This document shows, one piece after another, positions 27,793 to 29,924 of a stretch of DNA of 29,924 nt. How positions within the stretch are numbered: the first letter of the stretch is position 1; each line of letters begins with the position of its first letter. The translations under genes and the position numbers were made by a program. Origin of the DNA: a virus (Duplodnaviria > Heunggongvirae > Uroviricota > Caudoviricetes); the IMG/VR virus record IMGVR_UViG_2541047891_000002, one strand, 5' to 3'. Under the pieces are notes generated by a model. It did no database searches, was not told the DNA's origin, and saw only the letters and a program-made list of their open reading frames with translations.

Positions 27793-28875
27793 ATGGCTTA
27801 TTCACCACCGACATTATCATCGCTGATTGCCCGTACAGAACAGAATATTGAACAGCGCCTGCCGGGTAGCTGGCCTCAGGCCCGTGAAAAAACGCTGAGT
27901 GCCATTGCTTACGCCCAGGCAGGGCTTGCTGCCGGTTGTCACGAGCATATTTCGTGGGTTGGGCGGCAGATTATCCCGTCGACAGCAGATGAAGATGAGT
28001 TGCTGGAGCACTGCCGGTTCTGGGGTGTGCGCCGCAAACAGGCGACAGCCGCCAGCGGCCCGCTGACTGTCACCACATCGGCAGCGACAACCATTCCTGC
28101 CGGTACACGCTGGCAGCGTGCTGATGGTGTGGTTTACAGCCTGGCTGATGCCATTGTGATTGACCATGCAGGAACGACGGAAATTACCGTTACCGCACTG
28201 GCTGCCGGTGAGGCAGGAAATACCGGTGAGAATACCCTTTTAACGTTGATCACCCCGGTTGCCTGTGTTGTTTCCGATGCCATCACTGTAAAAGGGTTTT
28301 CCGGTGGGGCTGATATTGAGAGTGCAGCGGAGCTGCTGTCACGGCTGGAATATCGTGTCCAGTACCCTCCGTTCGGCGGTAATCAGTTTGATTATGTTCG
28401 CTGGGCACGTGAAGTCAGCGGCGTTACCCGTGCCTGGTGTTTTCCGACATGGAAAGGCGGTGGCACAGTCGGGGTGACGTTTGTTATGGATAACCGGAGC
28501 AATATTTTTCCACAACCGGCAGATGTGGAACGCGTGGCGGATTATATCGCCGGTCATACAGACCCGATAACCGGCCTGATTGTCGGACAGCCTGACGGTG
28601 TAAATGTCACGGTATTTGCGCCAAAGGCAAAGCCGGTAAATCCACGGATTTATATATCACCGAAGACAGCCGAACTGAAACAGGCTATTACCCACGCCAT
28701 TAATACTATGTTTTTTAATGAAGTGACGCCGGGCGGCGCACTTGCTCCCTCCCGTATTATCCGTGCGGTGGCAGGTGTTACCGGTCTGGATGATTTTGAA
28801 GTGCGTTTCCCGACAGAGATCCAGCGTTCGGAGAATACGGAACTGTTAACACCGGGGACAATTGAATGGCTGTAA
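27793..28875 (+). CDS. W: Baseplate J-like protein W (gp47-like)
   Basis: 360 aa; position and size match Mu W. Confidence 0.82.
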   Translation: MAYSPPTLSSLIARTEQNIEQRLPGSWPQAREKTLSAIAYAQAGLAAGCHEHISWVGRQIIPSTADEDELLEHCRFWGVRRKQATAASGPLTVTTSAATTIPAGTRWQRADGVVYSLADAIVIDHAGTTEITVTALAAGEAGNTGENTLLTLITPVACVVSDAITVKGFSGGADIESAAELLSRLEYRVQYPPFGGNQFDYVRWAREVSGVTRAWCFPTWKGGGTVGVTFVMDNRSNIFPQPADVERVADYIAGHTDPITGLIVGQPDGVNVTVFAPKAKPVNPRIYISPKTAELKQAITHAINTMFFNEVTPGGALAPSRIIRAVAGVTGLDDFEVRFPTEIQRSENTELLTPGTIEWL

Positions 28876-29408
28876 CACCCTATCAGACGGCCTTTCTGCA
28901 ATTACTGCCGTCAGGGCTTGCCTGGAATAAAAGCCCCGACAGCAAATTATCTGCGCTGGCGCAGGCCATCAGTGACGTGATTGCCACTGCGGCGGATGAT
29001 GCGCGGCAAATGCTGCGGGAGCGTTTCCCTTCCACATCCCGCTGGTATCTGGGGGAGTGGGAATCATTTCTGGGGTTGCCGGACTGTACCAGCGAAAACG
29101 GCACCCTGTCAGAACGCCAGCGGGCTGCCGCAAATAAAATGCGTATGACCGGCAATCTGAGCAGGCGCTTTTATGAATGGCTGGCTGCGCAGTACGGTTT
29201 TACCGTCAGGCTGACGGATTCCACAGAAGGCCAGTGGGTTACGCAGGTCAATATTTACGGTATTAAAAATTATCGCAACGCAACGGTGCTGGATAATGTT
29301 CTGACGCCGTTACGTGTTTATGAATCGGGTGCGCTGGAGTGTTTACTGGAGAAATATAAACCCGCGCATCAGATTTATAAATTTGTTTACCATGACGGAG
29401 ATAACTAA
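28866..29408 (+). CDS. R: Baseplate / tail protein R (gp48-like)
   Basis: 180 aa; overlaps W stop; precedes tail-fibre gene. Confidence 0.78.
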   Translation: MAVTPYQTAFLQLLPSGLAWNKSPDSKLSALAQAISDVIATAADDARQMLRERFPSTSRWYLGEWESFLGLPDCTSENGTLSERQRAAANKMRMTGNLSRRFYEWLAAQYGFTVRLTDSTEGQWVTQVNIYGIKNYRNATVLDNVLTPLRVYESGALECLLEKYKPAHQIYKFVYHDGDN

Positions 29409-29924
29409 TGTTTTATATTGATAATGACAGCGGCGTAACCGTCATGCCGCCCGTATCCGCCCAGCGTAGTGCTATCGTTCGCTGGTTTTCAGAAGGTGAC
29501 GGGAATAATGTTATCACATGGCCCGGCATGGACTGGTTTAATATTGTGCAGGCGGAGTTATTAAACACGCTGGAAGAAGCCGGTATTCAACCGGATAAAA
29601 CAAAATTAAACCAGCTTGCACTGTCCATTAAAGCCATCATGAACAAGAATGCGCTGCTGATAAAAAATAACCTCAGCGAAATTAAAACAGCCGGGGCATC
29701 AGCACAGCGTACAGCACGTGAAAATCTGGATATTTATGATGCCAGCCTGAACAAGAAAGGACTCGTCCAGCTAACCAGTGCAACTGACAGCTCCAGTGAA
29801 ACGCTGGCAGCCACCGCAAAAGCAGTGAAAATTGCGATGGATAATGCCAATGCCCGACTGGCAAAAGACCGGAACGGAGCAGATATTCCCAATAAGCCGT
29901 TGTTTATCCAAAACCTCGGTTTAC
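29408..29924 (+). CDS. S: Tail fibre protein S, N-terminal part; 3' end of gene is outside the window
   Basis: ATG 29408 overlaps R stop (TAATG); frame open to the window end (MFYIDNDSGVTVMPPVSAQRSAIVRWFSEGDG...). Confidence 0.75.
   Translation, partial: MFYIDNDSGVTVMPPVSAQRSAIVRWFSEGDGNNVITWPGMDWFNIVQAELLNTLEEAGIQPDKTKLNQLALSIKAIMNKNALLIKNNLSEIKTAGASAQRTARENLDIYDASLNKKGLVQLTSATDSSSETLAATAKAVKIAMDNANARLAKDRNGADIPNKPLFIQNLGL

Larger units (their letters stand above)
1..29924 (+). mobile_element. Interior of a Mu-like transposable prophage (transposase A through tail-fibre S); both phage ends lie outside the window
   Basis: Co-linear + strand gene order matching the classical Mu map (A B ... 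gam ... gemA mor ... C lys D E H F G I T J K L M . N P Q V W R S); A and B products match recalled Mu A/B in long blocks. Confidence 0.9.

Noticed and set aside
1-29924. rRNA or tRNA genes, CRISPR arrays, integrase, IS elements, phage attachment sites or Mu ends
   Set aside because: No regularly spaced short repeats, no cloverleaf-like segments and no tyrosine/serine recombinase-like ORF were seen; Mu-type phages integrate by transposition and the window starts inside A and ends inside S, so the terminal transposase-binding sites are outside it

Overview
The window is the interior of a Mu-family transposable prophage, read left to right on the + strand from inside the transposase gene A to the 5' part of tail-fibre gene S. 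Neither phage end is in the window, and I found no rRNA, tRNA, CRISPR array, integrase or IS element. Gene order follows the classical Mu map: A, B, a block of small early (semi-essential) genes including kil-like and gam, gemA, mor, an intrinsic terminator, a middle operon ending in C, lys, D-like, E (large terminase), H (portal), F, G, I, T (major capsid), J, K, L (sheath), M (tube), chaperone, tape measure, N, P, Q, V, W, R, S. Calls rest on reading the translated ORFs, recognisable motifs and recalled Mu protein sequences; no database search was run. The parts that do not look like plain Mu backbone, and are the best candidates for something new, are: (1) an AT-rich two-gene insertion with a reverse-strand gene inside the otherwise one-directional early operon (5238-5930); (2) a small convergent ORF pair with a reverse-strand gene between D and E (10384-10807); (3) a GH108-type muramidase with membrane proteins in the middle operon, paired with a lys homologue that appears to lack the canonical catalytic glutamate; (4) a G-I intergenic region with three direct repeats and a 12-mer shared exactly with the lys upstream region. 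All functional assignments for the small accessory ORFs are hypotheses.
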